NCBI GenBank assembly: GCA_964276515.1
Contig: OZ193909.1
Coordinates: forward strand, 4,588,001-4,652,000
Direction of reading: 5' to 3'
DNA from: Gordius albopunctatus
Taxonomy: Eukaryota
DNA: 64,000 nucleotides
Position 1 is the first letter of the stretch, and each line of letters begins with the position of its first letter. The position numbers were made by a program, and so were the translations under genes. Below are positions 61,312 to 64,000 of this stretch, piece by piece. A model generated the notes under the pieces. That model was not told where the DNA came from. It saw nothing but the letters and a program-made list of their open reading frames with translations, and searched no databases.

Positions 61312-62276
61312 TCTATATATATAAAGTAAAGTCTATGTATATATATGTGTGTGTATGTATGTAAGGGCTAATCTCTGAAACTACCGGCCCGATTCGCGCA
61401 AAAATTTAGCCGTAGATGCCCAGGGATGCCAGGGGTAAAATAGCTTTTCCAGATTCCTAAAATACCTTTTCGTTTTAAAAATATCGCACATTTCCCGGCA
61501 AGTTTCATTTATAGCATCATATACAATAATGACGTCATATATACAAAGCTGAAGTTTTCTCGAATTAGATATTTAAAAGGATAATAAAAATGTTACAATA
61601 TACGGTCAAAATTATTGGGGTTTAACAAACTATTTAAATTAAATAAATAATATTTAAATTATGCAATTTTTGCCATTATTATCACGTGGTCGATCATAGA
61701 AGCATATTTTTAATAATTATCCATCCTTCAATTAATTATTTTATTATATTAAAGAAAATTGTATTTCAAATAAATCAGCTAACTAGAAAAATAAACTAAT
61801 TGTATTATTGTATGATAAGTAACAGCATTAATCAGCAATTTTTTCAAAAACATTTAATTTTAGTCGGATTTAATCTAAAAATAATGGGTTCATAAAATCC
61901 ATGCCCCATTTCAATATATAAAATGTGTAAGTCTGATATTTATTTATAATCATATTAAATTAATCCTATAAATAAATAATACATATTTCTATTACTTATA
62001 TTCTAACTTTCCTAAGCCCACTTCTAAAATTTTAACAGACGATCTAAATTACAATGTTATACAAATTTGAAAAATTCAAATAAAATTGATGTTCTTTTTT
62101 TAATTTTCTGTTTATAAAACCTTATATGATTTTACAATAATGCATATAAATAGCCTATTTTGCATATCTCTCTCTTAAAGATGACCCAAATTCTTTCATA
62201 TATGTCCTATCAATACGTACTAATATTTAACTGATATAGAACTAAGCCAAAGCAACGCTTGGCCGGGCACAGCTAG
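61312..62276 (+). mobile_element. Complete non-autonomous Helitron (965 bp)
   Basis: A|TCTATATATATAAA start, short TA/TG microsatellite, 3' hairpin GCCAAAGCAACGCTTGGC and CTAG|T; 3' end nearly identical to the Helitron end at 13918-13952. Confidence 0.88.
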
Positions 62277-63479
62277 TAGACAATAAATGAGAGATAATGG
62301 AAAAAAATTTTTTAAATGAATGGTACTAAGTTATATTAGTCATTTAAAAAATAGTTGTGTAAACATATAAATGATTGATGGTAGAGCGTTAAATGCAAAT
62401 TAGCTATGCGTTAATAATGCTTAAAATAACAACTCAACATCAATGATAGAATGTGAAATGGATCTTGTCACATGCCTGTATGTAGTGTATAAATATTTGT
62501 CTTAAAATTTTATTCAAATTAGCCAAATTAAAAAGACAAGAGTTTTTTTAATCAAGTGTGAGGTACAGAATTATTTAATATCTTTAAAAAGTTTGAAATA
62601 GACAGAGCACATTAAAGATCTTTAACATATCATTAATTTAGGGTATGGGCGAATGGTGTGGTCATAATTTCTCTCATACAATACTCCCTTTATGTGGAAA
62701 ACATTTTGTTTGTTTGAGATACATTGGCTTTAAAGCAATACCCGGAATGTGTGTTGCCCAAAATAAAAAAGTAAGCTTAAATATTTTGATAAAACTAGGT
62801 ATTTTAGAGCGAAGGAGAGCAATGCTACGATGTTTACACCAGAGAGTCAGCCATGCGTGGAATAGAAGGACAAACGTTTTGTAAAGAAGATTTGAAATGT
62901 CTTAAGGATACTAATAAATGGTGGCTATATGGAATATGTATTAAAAATTTATCACATGATTCATTGCTATAAAATGAATTTAATAAAATTTGCAATATTT
63001 GCTGAGTCCATCATCAAAAATTTTTGAATTATAAATTAAATTGCATTATTTAAACATATTGTGGGTGAAAATAATAGAAATACATCTGTACAGTATTAAA
63101 GTATGACAAATTAAACACATTTTAACGTTAGGTTAATCGAAAGCAAAGAGGGAATCTTTAACACGAATATAAAGGATATCAAAAGAAGGGGATACTTAAT
63201 AATTAGGGTTTCACACTAATACTAATTTAATTATCAGTGGTATTATCTTAAATACACTATGAACAGACTAAAACCCTATAAATATAAAGAATGAAAGTAA
63301 ACAAATATTCTAATAACACATAAAAAGTTAACAAATCTAATTTATTTCCAGAATACACCTTTTATGGTTTATCAAAAAAATTGCTGATGCACAGTTTCCT
63401 CCCATTTTTAATTAGTTTTAATGATTTAACTGTTTTCAATGATTTAATGTGATATAAATTATTTTTGTGTAAGGAAAGA

Positions 63480-64000
63480 GGATAAAGGGGGGAGGCAAAT
63501 CACCCCCTCCCCATGTGAGAAAGAGGGCAAAGAAGGGGGAGGCAAATCATCCCCTCCCCCATGTGAGAAAAAGGGCAAAGAAGGGGGGCGGCAAATCATC
63601 CCCTCCCCCATGTGAGAAAAAGGGTAAAAAATCAGGGGGGGGGGTGAAAAAAGGGAAGGGGTGTCAAATCACCTACCTCCCCCATGTGAGAAAGAGGGCA
63701 AAGAAGGGGGCGGCAAATCACCCCCTCCCCCATATGAGAAAAAGGGTAAAAAATCAGGGGGGGGGGTGAAAAAAGGGAAGGGGTGTCAAATCACCTACCT
63801 CCCCCATGTGAGAAAAAGGGCAAAGAAGGGGGGCGGCAAATCACCCCCTCCCCCATGTGAGAAAAAGGGTAAAAAATCAGGGGGGGGTGAAAAAAGGGAA
63901 GGGGTGTCAAATCACCTACCTCCCCCATGTGAGAAAAAGGGCAAAGAAGAGGGGCGGCAAATCACCCCCTCCCCCATGTGAGAAAAAGGGTAAAAAATCA
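63480..64000. repeat. Tandem satellite with ~121-bp higher-order unit (~48 + ~73 bp subunits), runs off the window end
   Basis: CAAATCACCTACCTCC recurs at 63665, 63787 and 63908; every subunit has CAAATCA..CCTCCCCCATGTGAGAAA..GGG. Confidence 0.9.

Noticed and set aside
62400..63000. Possible coding remnant around ORF 62645-62884
   Set aside because: Short, no recognisable motif, no supported splice structure.
63515..63981. ORFs with repeated PPPCEKK / HVRKRAKK peptides
   Set aside because: Translations of the satellite; open in several frames because of low complexity.

Overview
AT-rich eukaryotic (probably invertebrate animal) genomic DNA that is mostly transposon-derived. It holds four conserved host genes: Hikeshi/OPI10 (-), an FKBP4/5-type immunophilin (+), RBM22/Cwc2 (-) and an intronless NOP10 (-). 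There is also one orphan membrane-protein-like ORF (~52.3-53.6 kb). Many introns are very small (34-52 nt). The transposons include an apparently intact, very recent Mag-type Ty3/Gypsy element (132-bp identical-looking LTRs, single 1293-aa ORF), two decayed Gypsy copies, a decayed autonomous Helitron with non-autonomous relatives, hAT elements and MITEs with 8-bp TSDs, a Tigger/pogo derivative, RTE and CRE-like LINE fragments, Penelope-like (GIY-YIG) fragments and a G/C-tract satellite. Most notable observations: (1) ~0.8-1.1 kb CpG-free windows starting shortly downstream of gene and transposase starts, whatever the exon, intron or stop positions, suggesting promoter-proximal DNA methylation; (2) two families of minimal hammerhead ribozyme motifs; (3) the same MITE family sitting in the same orientation just upstream of two chaperone co-factor genes; (4) a Helitron tail built as a mosaic of Rep and inverted helicase pieces. 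All calls were made by eye; no database search or computation was run.
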